Assembly (NCBI RefSeq): GCF_041248615.1
Contig: NZ_CP158426.1
DNA: 64,000 nt
From: Escherichia coli
GTDB taxonomy: Bacteria > Pseudomonadota > Gammaproteobacteria > Enterobacterales > Enterobacteriaceae
Strand: one strand, 5' to 3'
Below, piece by piece: positions 19,843 through 31,986 of the stretch. Every line of letters starts with the position of its first letter. Position 1 is the first letter of the stretch. Under the pieces are notes generated by a model. It saw nothing but the letters and a program-made list of their open reading frames with translations. It did not search any database and was not told the origin of the DNA. The translations under genes and the position numbers were made by a program.

Positions 19843-21631
19843 AGACTGTCTCATAATCTTTGTCGAACAGGTTGGCTATTTTACCACGAACTGTCAGGTG
19901 AGAGGTGACCGGATACGCAACCGCAAGATCCCACAAGCTCACACCACCCATTTTAACGGTTTGATAAGGATAAGATGAGTAATCCTTATCATAGCGAGTG
20001 CCTAAATACTGATAAGTAATACCCCAGTCGAAGTCATACAACTGCCAGTCGAGCTGGTATTTCACCTGCTGTTTAGCACGGCGTAACAACGGCGTGTCAG
20101 TAATCGCATTGCGCGCATCGACATAATCATAACTCACAGTATGCGTCAGTGGTCCGGTATCAAAATTGGCGGTCGCCTCGACGCCCTTAATCCGCGCTTT
20201 CCCTTCGTTGTAATATTTCAGGGTGTGATCATCATAATCGATCAAATCACTGACATCGTTACGATATCCGGAAATACGCCAGTTCACCCCAGCGGTTAAG
20301 CCTTCAAACGCGCCTTCCCACTGTTTGCTTTTCTCAGGATTCAGATTCGGATTTCCGTAGAAACCATACAGTTGCCCAAGATTAGGTGCCTTGTACGACG
20401 TGCCATAAGAAGCGATAAAACGATAGCCTTCGATGAATTCCCAACCGGCACTCGTTTGCCAGGTTCCATGACGACCAAACTGTGAGTTATCGTCGCTGCG
20501 GGCTGCGCCTTCAAACGTAAAATCGCCGACTTGTTGCAATCCGGTCAGATAGATACCAGTGTTACGTTGATCATACCCATCCTCAACATAACCAGTACCC
20601 GGCGTCGTAGTCTGTTTCTGCCAGTCAACGCCCGCACCAATATTACCGTGGCCAACGGTAACGTTATTTGCCCACTGGACGGTGTACTGCTTCATCTCAT
20701 CCAGCGTCGCGGACGAATCATAACGACCATAATGGGGATCGTAGTTGTAATCTTTGCTATGGCTATAGCTGGTAATGAGTTGTGATTTAATCATTTCGCC
20801 GTTATAGCGCAGCCCGGCGTCCCAACTTTGGCTATAGAGTTTACGGGTATCGAGCAACGGTGAGCCGGGAGAATAATACGCGTCATAATTGGTACGGTTA
20901 TCATAGCCATAGCCGCGCACAAAGCCGCTCCAGGCATCAGTAAAGTTATGCTCCAGCGCGCCATAAAGCGTTTTACTTAAAAAACCATCGTTATCTGTCT
21001 GCGCTTGCGTTCCGGTATTCCCATAGGCAACAACATCATAACCATGAGTATGGGCATAATCGCCCAACAGCGTTACCCGTGTCTTATCCCCCAGTTGTTG
21101 CTGCGTGGAGACATCATAGTTCTGATAACTATTGCTTCCCCACCCTGCTGAAATTTCCGTTCCGGGTTCATCGCGCGTCGTGATGATATTCACCACCCCA
21201 CCTATCGCATCGGAACCATAAACGGCGGAGCGCGGCCCACGGATATATTCAACACGCTGGACAAGCGCAATAGGGAACTGGCTAAGGTCGGCAGAACCAC
21301 TCACCCCTGCCAGATTCAGGCGTACGCCATCAATTAACACCAACACATGACTGGCATTTGTACCGCGAATAAAAATAGATGAGAGCTGACCTGAACCGCC
21401 GTTTTGGGTGATATCGACGCCCGGAAGACGGCGCAGCACATCATTGACCGAGGTCGACTGCCAGCGGTCGATATCCTGACGGGTCACAACGGTGGTTGGT
21501 GCAAGCACAGTGCTGCGCGGCTGTTCAAAACGGTTAGCAGTAACGACGAGAGTATCCGGGCTGGTATCCTGTGCCCAAGCAGAAAAGGCTGTGACGGAAC
21601 ACGCCGTCAGCAGCGAAGCTTTTTTAATCAT
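19787..21631 (-). CDS. btuB: TonB-dependent vitamin B12 outer-membrane transporter (614 aa)
   Basis: Product from [38 protein letters not shown] (signal peptide plus TonB box DTLVVTA), C-terminal ...TLSGSYTF; track ORF starts 15 codons upstream, start set at 21631. Confidence 0.95.
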   Translation of the reverse strand: MIKKASLLTACSVTAFSAWAQDTSPDTLVVTANRFEQPRSTVLAPTTVVTRQDIDRWQSTSVNDVLRRLPGVDITQNGGSGQLSSIFIRGTNASHVLVLIDGVRLNLAGVSGSADLSQFPIALVQRVEYIRGPRSAVYGSDAIGGVVNIITTRDEPGTEISAGWGSNSYQNYDVSTQQQLGDKTRVTLLGDYAHTHGYDVVAYGNTGTQAQTDNDGFLSKTLYGALEHNFTDAWSGFVRGYGYDNRTNYDAYYSPGSPLLDTRKLYSQSWDAGLRYNGEMIKSQLITSYSHSKDYNYDPHYGRYDSSATLDEMKQYTVQWANNVTVGHGNIGAGVDWQKQTTTPGTGYVEDGYDQRNTGIYLTGLQQVGDFTFEGAARSDDNSQFGRHGTWQTSAGWEFIEGYRFIASYGTSYKAPNLGQLYGFYGNPNLNPEKSKQWEGAFEGLTAGVNWRISGYRNDVSDLIDYDDHTLKYYNEGKARIKGVEATANFDTGPLTHTVSYDYVDARNAITDTPLLRRAKQQVKYQLDWQLYDFDWGITYQYLGTRYDKDYSSYPYQTVKMGGVSLWDLAVAYPVTSHLTVRGKIANLFDKDYETVYGYQTAGREYTLSGSYTF

Positions 21632-21872
21632 TGTAAAGCATCCACAATAGAAGAAGGATGCCGCAGGTTTCATCAATATTACGCGATGATGAGAACCAGA
21701 TGCGACGTTGGCCGGCAGGTCTTCGGGCTTGGAGGGGTATCTAAGATACTAAGAGATGATGACTTCCCACCGGATGGCAGTGTCCGCATAACGCAATCAT
21801 CGCACCTTTCCTTACCGCTGCGCGTCAGCTCCAGATTTGCACTGGATTCCCTATTAACTCACAGGACCGGCG
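21632..21872 (-). promoter_or_regulatory. cobalamin (B12) riboswitch in btuB 5' leader (approximate span)
   Basis: About 240-nt untranslated leader directly upstream of btuB, where the well-characterised B12 riboswitch lies; boundaries approximate, structure not folded here. Confidence 0.7.
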
Positions 21873-21999
21873 AGTGGATGCTACAGGTTGTAACAAGTTA
21901 CTGTCCAGACGTAGCTCACAAATAGGAATACATCAAGATCTGGACATCTGATGAGCAATCCCTACAATCGCCGCGTACTTTAATTTTTCAGGATACATC

Positions 22000-23100
22000 A
22001 TGACCCCCGAACACCTTCCAACAGAACAGTATGAAGCGCAGTTAGCCGAAAAAGTGGTACGTTTGCAAAGTATGATGGCACCGTTTTCTAACCTGGTTCC
22101 GGAAGTGTTTCGCTCGCCGGTCAGTCATTACCGGATGCGTGCGGAGTTCCGCATCTGGCACGATGGCGATGACCTGTATCACATCATTTTCGATCAACAA
22201 ACCAAAAGCCGCATCCGCGTGGATAGCTTCCCCGCCGCCAGTGAACTTATCAACCAGTTGATGACGGCGATGATTGCGGGTGTGCGTAATAATCCCGTTC
22301 TGCGCCACAAGTTGTTCCAGATTGATTACCTCACCACGCTGAGTAATCAGGCGGTGGTTTCCCTGCTGTACCATAAGAAGCTGGATGATGAGTGGCGTCA
22401 GGAAGCGGAAGCCCTGCGCGATGCACTGCGAGCGCAGAATCTGAATGTGCATCTGATTGGTCGGGCAACGAAAACCAAAATCGCGCTGGACCAGGATTAC
22501 ATCGATGAACGTCTGCCAGTCGCAGGGAAAGAGATGATCTACCGTCAGGTAGAAAACAGCTTTACCCAGCCGAACGCGGCGATGAATATTCAGATGCTGG
22601 AATGGGCGCTGGACGTCACCAAAGGCTCAAAAGGCGATTTACTGGAGCTGTACTGCGGCAACGGTAACTTTTCATTAGCACTGGCGCGCAATTTTGATCG
22701 GGTATTAGCCACCGAAATCGCTAAGCCGTCGGTCGCTGCCGCGCAATACAACATTGCCGCTAACCATATTGATAACGTACAAATTATTCGTATGGCGGCA
22801 GAAGAATTTACTCAGGCGATGAATGGCGTACGCGAGTTTAACCGCCTGCAAGGGATCGATTTAAAGAGTTATCAGTGCGAAACCATTTTTGTCGACCCAC
22901 CACGCAGCGGTCTGGACGGTGAAACCGAGAAAATGGTGCAGGCGTATCCACGTATTCTGTATATCTCCTGCAATCCGGAAACGTTATGCAAGAATCTGGA
23001 AACATTAAGTCAGACGCACAAGGTCGAACGTCTGGCTCTGTTTGATCAGTTCCCCTACACGCACCATATGGAGTGCGGCGTATTACTGACCGCGAAGTAA
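22000..23100 (+). CDS. trmA: tRNA (uracil54-C5)-methyltransferase
   Basis: 366-aa product [88 protein letters not shown]... Confidence 0.96.
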   Translation: MTPEHLPTEQYEAQLAEKVVRLQSMMAPFSNLVPEVFRSPVSHYRMRAEFRIWHDGDDLYHIIFDQQTKSRIRVDSFPAASELINQLMTAMIAGVRNNPVLRHKLFQIDYLTTLSNQAVVSLLYHKKLDDEWRQEAEALRDALRAQNLNVHLIGRATKTKIALDQDYIDERLPVAGKEMIYRQVENSFTQPNAAMNIQMLEWALDVTKGSKGDLLELYCGNGNFSLALARNFDRVLATEIAKPSVAAAQYNIAANHIDNVQIIRMAAEEFTQAMNGVREFNRLQGIDLKSYQCETIFVDPPRSGLDGETEKMVQAYPRILYISCNPETLCKNLETLSQTHKVERLALFDQFPYTHHMECGVLLTAK

Positions 23101-23103
23101 AAT

Positions 23104-23131
23104 CCATGCCGGGTGCGCCAGCATCCGGCAT
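23104..23131. terminator. bidirectional hairpin between convergent trmA and yijD
   Basis: Palindrome catgccgg-gtgcgccagcat-ccggcatg in the 39-bp spacer between the two convergent genes. Confidence 0.5.
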
Positions 23132-23139
23132 GATACCGA

Positions 23140-23499
23140 TTACTCAGCAACTTCCTGCTTACGGTTACGCATCTTCGCGCCAATCCAGAACACCATAATG
23201 ACGGACAGTACTGCCGGGAAGAAGTTAGAGCCGATATCCGGATATTCCGCACGAACTACCGTGCTGTACAGCAGTACGCCGAGAATAAAACAGGCAGCTG
23301 CCAGACCCGGCAAGCCTACCGGCATAGTGCGATTAAGATAACGTTGATGCAGGCAGTAAACCGTCAGCACCAGGGAAATAATCGGGAATACAGAAAATGG
23401 CACAATGGAGCTAAACAGCGCTGCGAAAGTACCATTAATCGATAAGCCAGCCACCAGCGCCAGCAGCAGCGTACCTCTATCTTGATTTGCTTGTTTCAT
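23140..23499 (-). CDS. yijD: DUF1422 inner-membrane protein YijD
   Basis: 119-aa hydrophobic product [119 protein letters not shown]. Confidence 0.9.
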
Positions 23500-24146
23500 T
23501 ACTCGTCCTTCACATTTCCCGGAATAATTGCGGTTTTCTCTTGTTCACGGCGATACCAGTAATAAGCCCCTTTCGAAATCATTCGCAGTTGCAGTACCAG
23601 TCGCTCTTCTAATTGCCGACGTTGTTCGACGCCGACGTCCAACGCCTCGGCACCCGCACTGAAGACAATCGTCACCATGGCTTCGGCTTGCGCTTCAGTA
23701 AACGCACGCGGCATATGGTTTTCGAGTTCCAGATAGTCCGCAAGTTCCGCAATGAAGTGCTGAATTTCACGCGCAACGGCAGCACGAAACGCAGCGGAGG
23801 TGCCGGAGCGTTCCCGCAATAATAACCGGAAGGCGTTAGGATTATTACCGATGAACTCCATAAATGTGGAGACCGAGGTGCGGATCACACTCCCGCCTTT
23901 GGCGATACGCTGACGCGCCTGGCGCATGAGTTGGCGTAGCATTAAACCGCTCTCATCAACCATGGTCAGACCCAGTTCGTCTACGTCGCGGAAATGCCGA
24001 TAAAAAGAGGTGGGAGCAATGCCCGCTTCACGCGCCACTTCACGCAAACTCAGGCTGGCGAAGCTGCGTTCAGCACTTAATTGGCTAAATGCGGCTTCCA
24101 CCAGCGAACGGCGGGTTTTTTCTTTTTGTTGCGCTCTTACGCCCAT
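23499..24146 (-). CDS. fabR: TetR-family repressor of unsaturated fatty acid biosynthesis FabR
   Basis: Product [65 protein letters not shown]...; track ORF extends to 24242 (in-frame upstream starts exist); start chosen at the internal Met, the alternative 24203/24242 starts cannot be excluded. Confidence 0.85.
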
Positions 24147-24480
24147 CACGATGTCTGAATCCTTGCCAAAAGTACTGCTGGCACTATACCAGAGAATGAA
24201 CATACTGGATTGCTCCAGTGTTGTGAATGAACGGTAACGCAATAAAACATATTTACTGCAATTCTTTGGCCGGTTCTTTTACGTACATCGGAAACCTGCC
24301 GCTTAAACGGAGAGTATCGTCGATAAAAATCCAATAAAACGTTCAGGTCAAAAGTAAGAAACAGACAAAGCAAAGGCCGCTCACGATATAGCCAGATAAA
24401 TGACGGGGATCAATTGGCTTACCCGCGATAAAATGTTACCATTCTGTTGCTTTTATGTATAAGAACAGGTAAGCCCTACC

Positions 24481-25881
24481 ATGCCACATTCCTACGATTA
24501 CGATGTCATAGTAATAGGTTCCGGCCCCGGCGGCGAAGGCGCTGCAATGGGCCTGGTTAAGCAAGGTGCGCGCGTCGCAGTTATCGAGCGTTATCAAAAT
24601 GTTGGCGGCGGTTGCACCCACTGGGGCACCATCCCGTCGAAAGCTCTCCGTCACGCCGTCAGCCGCATTATAGAATTTAATCAAAACCCACTATACAGCG
24701 ACCATTCGCGACTGCTCCGCTCTTCTTTTGCCGATATCCTTAACCATGCCGATAACGTGATTAATCAACAAACGCGCATGCGTCAGGGATTTTACGAACG
24801 TAATCACTGTGAAATATTGCAGGGAAACGCTCGCTTTGTTGACGAACATACGCTGGCGCTGGATTGCCCGGACGGCAGCGTCGAAACACTAACCGCTGAA
24901 AAATTTGTTATTGCCTGCGGCTCTCGTCCATATCATCCAACAGATGTTGATTTCACCCATCCACGCATTTACGACAGCGACTCAATTCTTAGCATGCACC
25001 ACGAACCGCGCCATGTGCTGATTTACGGTGCTGGAGTGATCGGCTGTGAATATGCGTCGATCTTCCGCGGTATGGATGTAAAAGTGGATCTGATCAATAC
25101 CCGCGATCGCCTGCTGGCATTTCTCGATCAAGAGATGTCAGATTCTCTCTCCTATCACTTCTGGAACAGTGGCGTAGTGATTCGTCACAACGAAGAGTAC
25201 GAGAAGATCGAAGGCTGTGACGACGGTGTGATCATGCATCTGAAGTCGGGCAAAAAACTGAAAGCTGACTGTCTGCTCTATGCCAACGGTCGCACGGGTA
25301 ATACCGATTCGCTGGCGTTACAGAACATTGGGCTGGAAACTGACAGTCGTGGACAGCTGAAGGTCAACAGCATGTATCAGACCGCGCAGCCGCACGTTTA
25401 CGCGGTGGGCGACGTGATTGGTTATCCGAGTCTGGCGTCGGCAGCCTATGACCAGGGGCGCATTGCCGCGCAGGCGCTGGTGAAAGGTGAAGCCACCGCA
25501 CATCTGATTGAAGATATCCCTACCGGCATTTACACCATCCCGGAAATCAGCTCTGTGGGCAAAACCGAACAGCAGCTGACCGCGATGAAAGTGCCATATG
25601 AAGTGGGCCGCGCCCAGTTCAAACATCTGGCACGCGCACAAATCGTCGGCATGAACGTGGGCACGCTGAAAATTTTGTTCCATCGGGAAACGAAAGAGAT
25701 TCTGGGTATTCACTGCTTTGGTGAGCGCGCTGCCGAAATTATTCATATCGGTCAGGCGATTATGGAACAGAAAGGTGGCGGCAACACTATTGAGTACTTC
25801 GTCAACACCACCTTTAACTACCCGACGATGGCGGAAGCCTATCGGGTAGCTGCGTTAAACGGTTTAAACCGCCTTTTTTAA
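24481..25881 (+). CDS. sthA: soluble pyridine nucleotide transhydrogenase
   Basis: 466-aa product [60 protein letters not shown]... (FAD-binding GxGxxG, redox-active CxxxxC-like site). Confidence 0.96.
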   Translation: MPHSYDYDVIVIGSGPGGEGAAMGLVKQGARVAVIERYQNVGGGCTHWGTIPSKALRHAVSRIIEFNQNPLYSDHSRLLRSSFADILNHADNVINQQTRMRQGFYERNHCEILQGNARFVDEHTLALDCPDGSVETLTAEKFVIACGSRPYHPTDVDFTHPRIYDSDSILSMHHEPRHVLIYGAGVIGCEYASIFRGMDVKVDLINTRDRLLAFLDQEMSDSLSYHFWNSGVVIRHNEEYEKIEGCDDGVIMHLKSGKKLKADCLLYANGRTGNTDSLALQNIGLETDSRGQLKVNSMYQTAQPHVYAVGDVIGYPSLASAAYDQGRIAAQALVKGEATAHLIEDIPTGIYTIPEISSVGKTEQQLTAMKVPYEVGRAQFKHLARAQIVGMNVGTLKILFHRETKEILGIHCFGERAAEIIHIGQAIMEQKGGGNTIEYFVNTTFNYPTMAEAYRVAALNGLNRLF

Positions 25882-26781
25882 CACTTTATCGAAATGGCCA
25901 TCCATTCTTGCGCGGATGGCCTCTGCCAGCTGCTCATAGCGGCTGCGCAGCGGTGAGCCAGGACGATAAACCAGGCCAATAGTGCGGCGTGGTTCCGGCT
26001 TAATACACGGCAAATAAACAACCCCATCGCGTTTGCGCTCCGGCGGCACAGCCAGTGCAGGCAGTAAAGTGATCCCGCTACCTGCCGCCACCATGTTGCG
26101 CAGAGTTTCCAGGCTGGTCGCGCGGAAGTGTGTATCTTCATCCGCCCCGGCTTCAAAACAGAAACCCATTGCCTGATCGCGCAAACAGTGACCGTCTTCC
26201 AGCATCAGCAGTTTTTCCCCTGCCAGATCGGCCATCGGTACGCATTCGCGGTTCGCCCACGGGTGATCTTCATAGATAGCCAGCAGCATTGGTTCATCAA
26301 ACAATGGCACTTCAATGAATGCTTCGCTCTCTTTCACCAGCGCGAGGATCACGCAGTCAAGTTTGCCACTGTCCAGTTGCGCCAGTAACTGGTGGGTCTG
26401 TGCTTCATGCAGATACATTTCCAGCTTTGGAAAGGTCTGGTGCAGCATCGGGATAATATGCGGTAGCAGGTACGGTCCAACCGTGGGAATCAAACCAATA
26501 TGCAGCGGCCCGGACATCGTCTCGCCCTGCTGGCTTGCCATCTCTTTAAGGACTTTCACCTCACGCAGTACGGTACGCGCCTGATCCACCAGCAGCATTC
26601 CCGCCTGGGTGAACAACACTTTACGGCTGGTCCGCTCCAGCAACATCACGCCCAACTCATCTTCCAGCTTACGAATTTGCCCGCTAAGCGTCGGCTGGCT
26701 AACGTGGCAGGAATCTGCCGCACGCCGAAAATGGCGGTGTTCAGCCAATGCCACCAGGTACTCAAGATCACGAATATTCAT
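25864..26781 (-). CDS. oxyR: LysR-family hydrogen-peroxide-responsive regulator OxyR (305 aa)
   Basis: Product from [70 protein letters not shown]...; track ORF is 10 codons longer; 3' end overlaps sthA 3' end by 18 bp. Confidence 0.95.
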   Translation of the reverse strand: MNIRDLEYLVALAEHRHFRRAADSCHVSQPTLSGQIRKLEDELGVMLLERTSRKVLFTQAGMLLVDQARTVLREVKVLKEMASQQGETMSGPLHIGLIPTVGPYLLPHIIPMLHQTFPKLEMYLHEAQTHQLLAQLDSGKLDCVILALVKESEAFIEVPLFDEPMLLAIYEDHPWANRECVPMADLAGEKLLMLEDGHCLRDQAMGFCFEAGADEDTHFRATSLETLRNMVAAGSGITLLPALAVPPERKRDGVVYLPCIKPEPRRTIGLVYRPGSPLRSRYEQLAEAIRARMDGHFDKVLKKAV

Positions 26782-26876
26782 TATCCATCCTCCATCGCCA
26801 CGATAGTTCATGGCGATAGGTAGAATAGCAATGAACGATTATCCCTATCAAGCATTCTGACTGATAATTGCTCACA

Positions 26877-26986
26877 GAAACGGAGCGGCACCTCTTTTAA
26901 CCCTTGAAGTCACTGCCCGTTTCGAGAGTTTCTCAACTCGAATAACTAAAGCCAACGTGAACTTTTGCGGATCTCCAGGATCCGCT
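26877..26986 (+). ncRNA. oxyS: OxyS small regulatory RNA
   Basis: Sequence GAAACGGAGCGGCACCTCTTTTAACCCTTGAAGTCACTGCCCGTTTCGAGAGTTTCTCAACTCGAATAACTAAAGCCAACGTGAACTTTTGCGGATCTCCAGGATCCGCTTTTTTTTGCC, divergent from oxyR and ending in a hairpin plus T-run terminator. Confidence 0.9.
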
Positions 26987-27047
26987 TTTTTTTGCCATAA
27001 AAAAGCCCGGCGATAAGCCAGGCTCAAATTTGTACATATAAATGTTC

Positions 27048-28421
27048 TTACCCCAACCGAGCCTGCGCAAAAGCAATCGCCTGCGCCACCTGCTGCGGTG
27101 AGACGCCGCCTTTTGCCGCACGCTTGTCGAGGCACGATTGTAGCGACAGAATCGGATAGACATCTTCGCCAATCACCTGACTGAATTTCTGCAACTCACT
27201 GAGCGGCAGATCTTCCAGCGGTTTGCCCTGACGAATGGCTTCCACCACCGCTTCACCAACAATATGGTGCGCCTCGCGGAACGGTACGCCTTTCGCCACC
27301 AGGTAATCCGCCAGTTCAGTGGCGTTGGCGTAACCCTGCTGAGCCGCTTCCTGGCAACGCGGACGTTTCACCTGAATGCCGTCCAGCACCAGCGCCGCCA
27401 TATGCAGGCAGTCCAGCCAGGTATCGAGCGCGTCGAACAGACCTTCTTTGTCTTCCTGCATATCTTTGTTGTAAGCCAGCGGCAAACCTTTCAGCGTCAT
27501 CATCATGCCGGTTAACGCGCCCTGCACCCGACCGCATTTACCGCGAATCAGCTCCAGCGCATCCGGGTTTTTCTTCTGCGGCATCAATGATGAACCGGAA
27601 GTCACGCGGTCAGAAAGCTCGACAAACCCCGCTTCGCCGGTGTTAAAGAAAATCAGATCTTCAGCAAAACGCGACAGATGCACCATGCCGATAGCGGCAG
27701 CAGACAGCAGTTCCAGCACGTGGTCACGGTCAGAAACGCTGTCGAGACTGTTACGGGTCGCTGAGGCAAATCCCAGCCAGCCTGCTAATTGTTCACGGTC
27801 GATTTCATAGGCCGTTCCCGCCAGCGCGCCACAGCCTAGCGGGCTGACATCCAGACGCTTAAGTGCATCCTGCAAGCGGCTTTCATCACGCGCCAACATC
27901 TCAACATAGGCCAGGCACCAGTGCGCGAACGTCACCGGCTGGGCGCGTTGCAGGTGAGTGTAACCTGGCATCACCGCGTCCTGATTGTTTTGTGCGGTTT
28001 CCACCAGCGCCGATTGCAGCTGCCGGTTAGCCGTCAGCAACTCGCTAACGGTATCTTTGCACCACAGTTTCAGGTCAGTCGCTACCTGATCATTACGGCT
28101 ACGCCCGGTGTGCAGTTTTTTGCCTAACTGACCCACTTTGTCGATCAGTTTGCCTTCCACCCAGCTATGGATATCTTCGGCGTCGCTTTCAAGGATTTGT
28201 TGTGGCCTGGCGCGAACATCTTCCAGCAGCACGTTCAGCGCCTCTTCCAGTTGCGCCTGTTCTTCTGCGGTCAGCACACCGACCGTTACCAGGGCTTTGG
28301 ACCAGGCCACAGAGCCAACAATATCCTGCTCCGCCAGACGGTAATCAAAACGCAGTGAGTCGTTGAATTGTTTGAACCGTTGATCTGCTGCCTGGGTAAA
28401 ACGCCCGCCCCAAAGTGCCAT
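27048..28421 (-). CDS. argH: argininosuccinate lyase
   Basis: 457-aa product [70 protein letters not shown]... Confidence 0.97.
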   Translation of the reverse strand: MALWGGRFTQAADQRFKQFNDSLRFDYRLAEQDIVGSVAWSKALVTVGVLTAEEQAQLEEALNVLLEDVRARPQQILESDAEDIHSWVEGKLIDKVGQLGKKLHTGRSRNDQVATDLKLWCKDTVSELLTANRQLQSALVETAQNNQDAVMPGYTHLQRAQPVTFAHWCLAYVEMLARDESRLQDALKRLDVSPLGCGALAGTAYEIDREQLAGWLGFASATRNSLDSVSDRDHVLELLSAAAIGMVHLSRFAEDLIFFNTGEAGFVELSDRVTSGSSLMPQKKNPDALELIRGKCGRVQGALTGMMMTLKGLPLAYNKDMQEDKEGLFDALDTWLDCLHMAALVLDGIQVKRPRCQEAAQQGYANATELADYLVAKGVPFREAHHIVGEAVVEAIRQGKPLEDLPLSELQKFSQVIGEDVYPILSLQSCLDKRAAKGGVSPQQVAQAIAFAQARLG

Positions 28422-28481
28422 AACTCTGTTTCCTTATTTTGAAATTTAATGCCGGAAAGCTGCGCCTCCGGCTAACAAAAC

Positions 28482-29258
28482 TTAAGCTAAAATCCGCGTA
28501 CCCATCGGCATACCGTTAAACAGTGCCGGAAGCTGTTCCGCATGACGCCAGGAGGCGATATCCACCGGGCGGCCCAGCGTGCGCGCAGCATCCAGCGCCG
28601 CGTTCACTTTCACTATCATGCCGTCAGTAATAATGCCCTGCTCAATCAGTTGTTCTGCTTTCGCGGCAGTCATTTCGGCAATGCGTTGCCCTTTGCCGTC
28701 GAGAATGCCACTGACGTCGGAGAGCAAAATCAGATCCGCGCCCAACGTTGCCGCCAGCGCCGTCGCTGCCTGGTCAGCATTGACGTTCATCAGTTGCCCT
28801 TCGTCTGTTACGCCAATGGAGCTGACCACCGGCAGATAACCGTTCTCCAGCAATGTGTTGATAAGCTTAGGCGAACCTGGCTGCGCCAGTCCAACATGGC
28901 CTAACTCTTCATCAAGCTGGGTCACTTTGACGCTGTCGCCGTCACCGAGAAACAAACCTACGGCCGCAATCTGATGTTTCTTCGCCCATGCCAGCAGGGT
29001 TTTATTTGCCGTTCCCGCCAGTGCTCCGGTGATAATGTCAATCTGATCAGCAGGCGTCACTCGCAGGCCGTTTTTCTTTTTCACCGGCAGATTCAGCCCT
29101 TTCATCAGCTCATCCACCACGCAACCGCCGCCGTGCACAATCACCAGCGGACGCTGATGTGACACACGATAATTCACCAGTGCACTAAACAGACGTTCCA
29201 GCGCCTCTTCACTATCCAGCAGTACGCCGCCCAGTTTGATAATTAATGGATTCATCAT
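28482..29258 (-). CDS. argB: acetylglutamate kinase (258 aa)
   Basis: Product from [55 protein letters not shown]...; track ORF over-extended by 11 codons. Confidence 0.95.
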   Translation of the reverse strand: MMNPLIIKLGGVLLDSEEALERLFSALVNYRVSHQRPLVIVHGGGCVVDELMKGLNLPVKKKNGLRVTPADQIDIITGALAGTANKTLLAWAKKHQIAAVGLFLGDGDSVKVTQLDEELGHVGLAQPGSPKLINTLLENGYLPVVSSIGVTDEGQLMNVNADQAATALAATLGADLILLSDVSGILDGKGQRIAEMTAAKAEQLIEQGIITDGMIVKVNAALDAARTLGRPVDIASWRHAEQLPALFNGMPMGTRILA

Positions 29259-29265
29259 TGCACCC

Positions 29266-30270
29266 TTAAATAAGAGACTGCGTTTCCGCATAGCCGAAAC
29301 GTATATTGGCGCACTGTACCGCTTGTGCCGCCGCGCCTTTCAGTAAGTTGTCTTCGGTCGCCACAATAATCAGGTGTTCGCCCTGAACGGCAAACCCGAT
29401 ATCGCAAAATGGCAGCCCAACGACATTTTTCAGCGCCGGAACGCCTTTGTCATACAGCCGCACCAGCGGTTTATGGGCATACGCCTGCTGTAACGCTTGC
29501 GCGACTTGCGCCTGGGTCACACCCGATTTCAGGCGGCAGGTAATGGTTTCGAGAATGCCGCGCGGGAAATTGCCCAGATGTGGGGTGAAGATAACGTCAG
29601 CACCGAGGTGTGTGGCGATCTCTGGTTGATGGCGATGAGTAAAGACGCCATACGGTTGCAGGCTAACTTCACAAAAACTATTTGAAATCGCTGCCTTACG
29701 TCCTGCACCGCTCACGCCGCTGGTGGCGTTGATTACCGGCCACTGATTGAGGTCAAGAAGATCGGCATCAATCAACGGTTTCAGCGCCAGCTGTGCCGCC
29801 GTCGGATAACAGCCTGGCACGGCAATCAAGTTCGCTTCTTTTAATTTATTACCGCACCACTCGGCCAGACCGTAGGCTGCCTGTTCCAGCAGTTCCGGAT
29901 ACTGATGGGTAAAGCCGTAATATTTTTCATAGAAGGTGGCGTCGTTAACACGAAACGCGCCGGAAAGGTCGAACACCACGCAGCCGGCTTCAAGAAATTG
30001 CGGCGCTAAATCGTGGCTAACTTCATGGGCGGTGGCAAGAAATACCACGTCCACCCCTGGGCTAAACTCGCTGATATCCGACATCGGCTGCAACGGCAGA
30101 TCAACGATGCCTTTTAGCTGCGGATGCAAATCGGAGATTAACTTTCCCGCATCATTGCTTTGCGCTGAAACAGTCAAAGCGGTTATGTTCATATGCGGAT
30201 GGCGATTTACATAGGTCACTAGCTCTGCGCCAGCGTAGCCGCTGGCACCCACAATCAGCGTATTCAACAT
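29266..30270 (-). CDS. argC: N-acetyl-gamma-glutamyl-phosphate reductase
   Basis: 334-aa product [65 protein letters not shown]... Confidence 0.97.
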   Translation of the reverse strand: MLNTLIVGASGYAGAELVTYVNRHPHMNITALTVSAQSNDAGKLISDLHPQLKGIVDLPLQPMSDISEFSPGVDVVFLATAHEVSHDLAPQFLEAGCVVFDLSGAFRVNDATFYEKYYGFTHQYPELLEQAAYGLAEWCGNKLKEANLIAVPGCYPTAAQLALKPLIDADLLDLNQWPVINATSGVSGAGRKAAISNSFCEVSLQPYGVFTHRHQPEIATHLGADVIFTPHLGNFPRGILETITCRLKSGVTQAQVAQALQQAYAHKPLVRLYDKGVPALKNVVGLPFCDIGFAVQGEHLIIVATEDNLLKGAAAQAVQCANIRFGYAETQSLI

Positions 30271-30367
30271 CGGGGCTATTCACCTTCTTATGTCTGGTTG
30301 CCAGGTTAAACGTAAAACATTCACCTTACGGCTGGTGGGTTTTATTACGCTCAACGTTAGTGTATTT

Positions 30368-30405
30368 TTATTCATAAATACTGCATGAATATTGATACTA
30401 TCATG
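30368..30405. promoter_or_regulatory. ArgR operator (tandem ARG boxes) of the divergent argE / argCBH promoters
   Basis: AT-rich imperfect palindromes TTATTCATAAATACTGCATGAATATTGATACTA fitting the ARG-box pattern (TNTGAAT...ATTCANW) in the divergent control region. Confidence 0.65.
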
Positions 30406-30423
30406 ACCAGAGGTGTGTCAACA

Positions 30424-31575
30424 ATGAAAAACAAATTACCGCCATTTATCGAGATTTACCGTGCTCTGATTGCCACACCTTCAATAAGCGCCACGGAAGA
30501 GGCACTCGATCAAAGCAATGCAGATTTAATCACTCTGCTGGCGGACTGGTTTAAAGATTTAGGCTTCAATGTGGAAGTGCAGCCTGTGCCAGGAACTCGC
30601 AACAAATTTAATATGCTGGCAAGTACCGGACAGGGGGCTGGCGGTTTGTTGCTGGCGGGGCATACCGATACGGTGCCATTTGATGACGGACGCTGGACGC
30701 GCGATCCGTTTACACTGACGGAGCATGACGGCAAGCTTTACGGCTTAGGCACCGCCGACATGAAAGGCTTTTTTGCGTTTATCCTTGATGCGCTACGCGA
30801 TGTCGACGTCACGAAACTGAAAAAACCGCTCTACATTCTGGCGACTGCCGATGAAGAAACCAGTATGGCCGGAGCGCGTTATTTTGCCGAAACTACCGCC
30901 CTGCGCCCGGATTGCGCCATCATTGGCGAACCGACGTCACTACAACCGGTACGCGCACATAAAGGTCATATCTCTAACGCCATCCGTATTCAGGGCCAGT
31001 CGGGCCACTCCAGCGATCCAGCACGCGGAGTTAACGCTATCGAACTGATGCACGACGCCATCGGGCATATTTTGCAATTGCGCGATAACCTGAAAGAACG
31101 TTATCACTACGAAGCATTTACCGTGCCATACCCTACGCTCAACCTCGGGCATATTCACGGTGGCGATGCATCTAACCGTATTTGCGCTTGCTGTGAATTG
31201 CATATGGATATTCGTCCGCTACCGGGCATGACACTCAACGAGCTAAACGGTTTGCTCAACGACGCGCTGGCTCCGGTGAGCGAACGCTGGCCGGGTCGTC
31301 TGACGGTCGACGAGCTGCATCCGCCGATCCCTGGCTATGAATGCCCACCAAATCATCAACTGGTTGAAGTGGTTGAGAAATTGCTCGGAGCAAAGACCGA
31401 AGTGGTGAATTACTGTACCGAAGCGCCGTTTATTCAAACGTTATGCCCGACGCTGGTTCTGGGGCCGGGTTCCATCAATCAAGCCCATCAGCCTGATGAA
31501 TATCTGGAGACGAGGTTTATCAAGCCCACCCGTGAGCTGATCACCCAGGTAATTCACCATTTTTGCTGGCATTAA
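30424..31575 (+). CDS. argE: acetylornithine deacetylase (383 aa)
   Basis: Product from [67 protein letters not shown]...; track ORF over-extended by 13 codons. Confidence 0.95.
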   Translation: MKNKLPPFIEIYRALIATPSISATEEALDQSNADLITLLADWFKDLGFNVEVQPVPGTRNKFNMLASTGQGAGGLLLAGHTDTVPFDDGRWTRDPFTLTEHDGKLYGLGTADMKGFFAFILDALRDVDVTKLKKPLYILATADEETSMAGARYFAETTALRPDCAIIGEPTSLQPVRAHKGHISNAIRIQGQSGHSSDPARGVNAIELMHDAIGHILQLRDNLKERYHYEAFTVPYPTLNLGHIHGGDASNRICACCELHMDIRPLPGMTLNELNGLLNDALAPVSERWPGRLTVDELHPPIPGYECPPNHQLVEVVEKLLGAKTEVVNYCTEAPFIQTLCPTLVLGPGSINQAHQPDEYLETRFIKPTRELITQVIHHFCWH

Positions 31576-31622
31576 AAAAGCAAATCAGGCTGATGACAAA
31601 GCCATGCAAGCGCACGGACAGT

Positions 31623-31659
31623 CCCCTCGCCCCTTCGGGGAGAGGGTTAGGGTGAGGGG
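31623..31659. repeat. GC-rich palindromic intergenic repeat (copy 1)
   Basis: cccctcgccccttcggggagagggttagggtgagggg; near-exact reverse complement of the copy at 47233-47269 and similar to 47170-47204. Confidence 0.6.
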
Positions 31660-31986
31660 AAAACCGTGCCCATACTGACCCGTAAGCGAGTTTGTCAGCA
31701 ATCTCAAATGATGCCCAAATGGTAACTACAACTCATAACTCTTTGGTGTTACTTGAGGCGATTTTTTAACATTTCCATAAGTTACGCTTATTTAAAGCGT
31801 CGTGAATTTAATGGCGTAAATTCCTGCTATTTATTCGTTTGCTGAAGCGATTTCGCAGCATTTGACGTCACCGCTTTTACGTGGCTTTATAAAAGACGAC
31901 GAAAAGCAAAGCCCGAGCATATTCGCGCCAATGCGACGTGAAGGATACAGGGCTATCAAACGATAAGATGGGGTGTCTGGGGTAAT

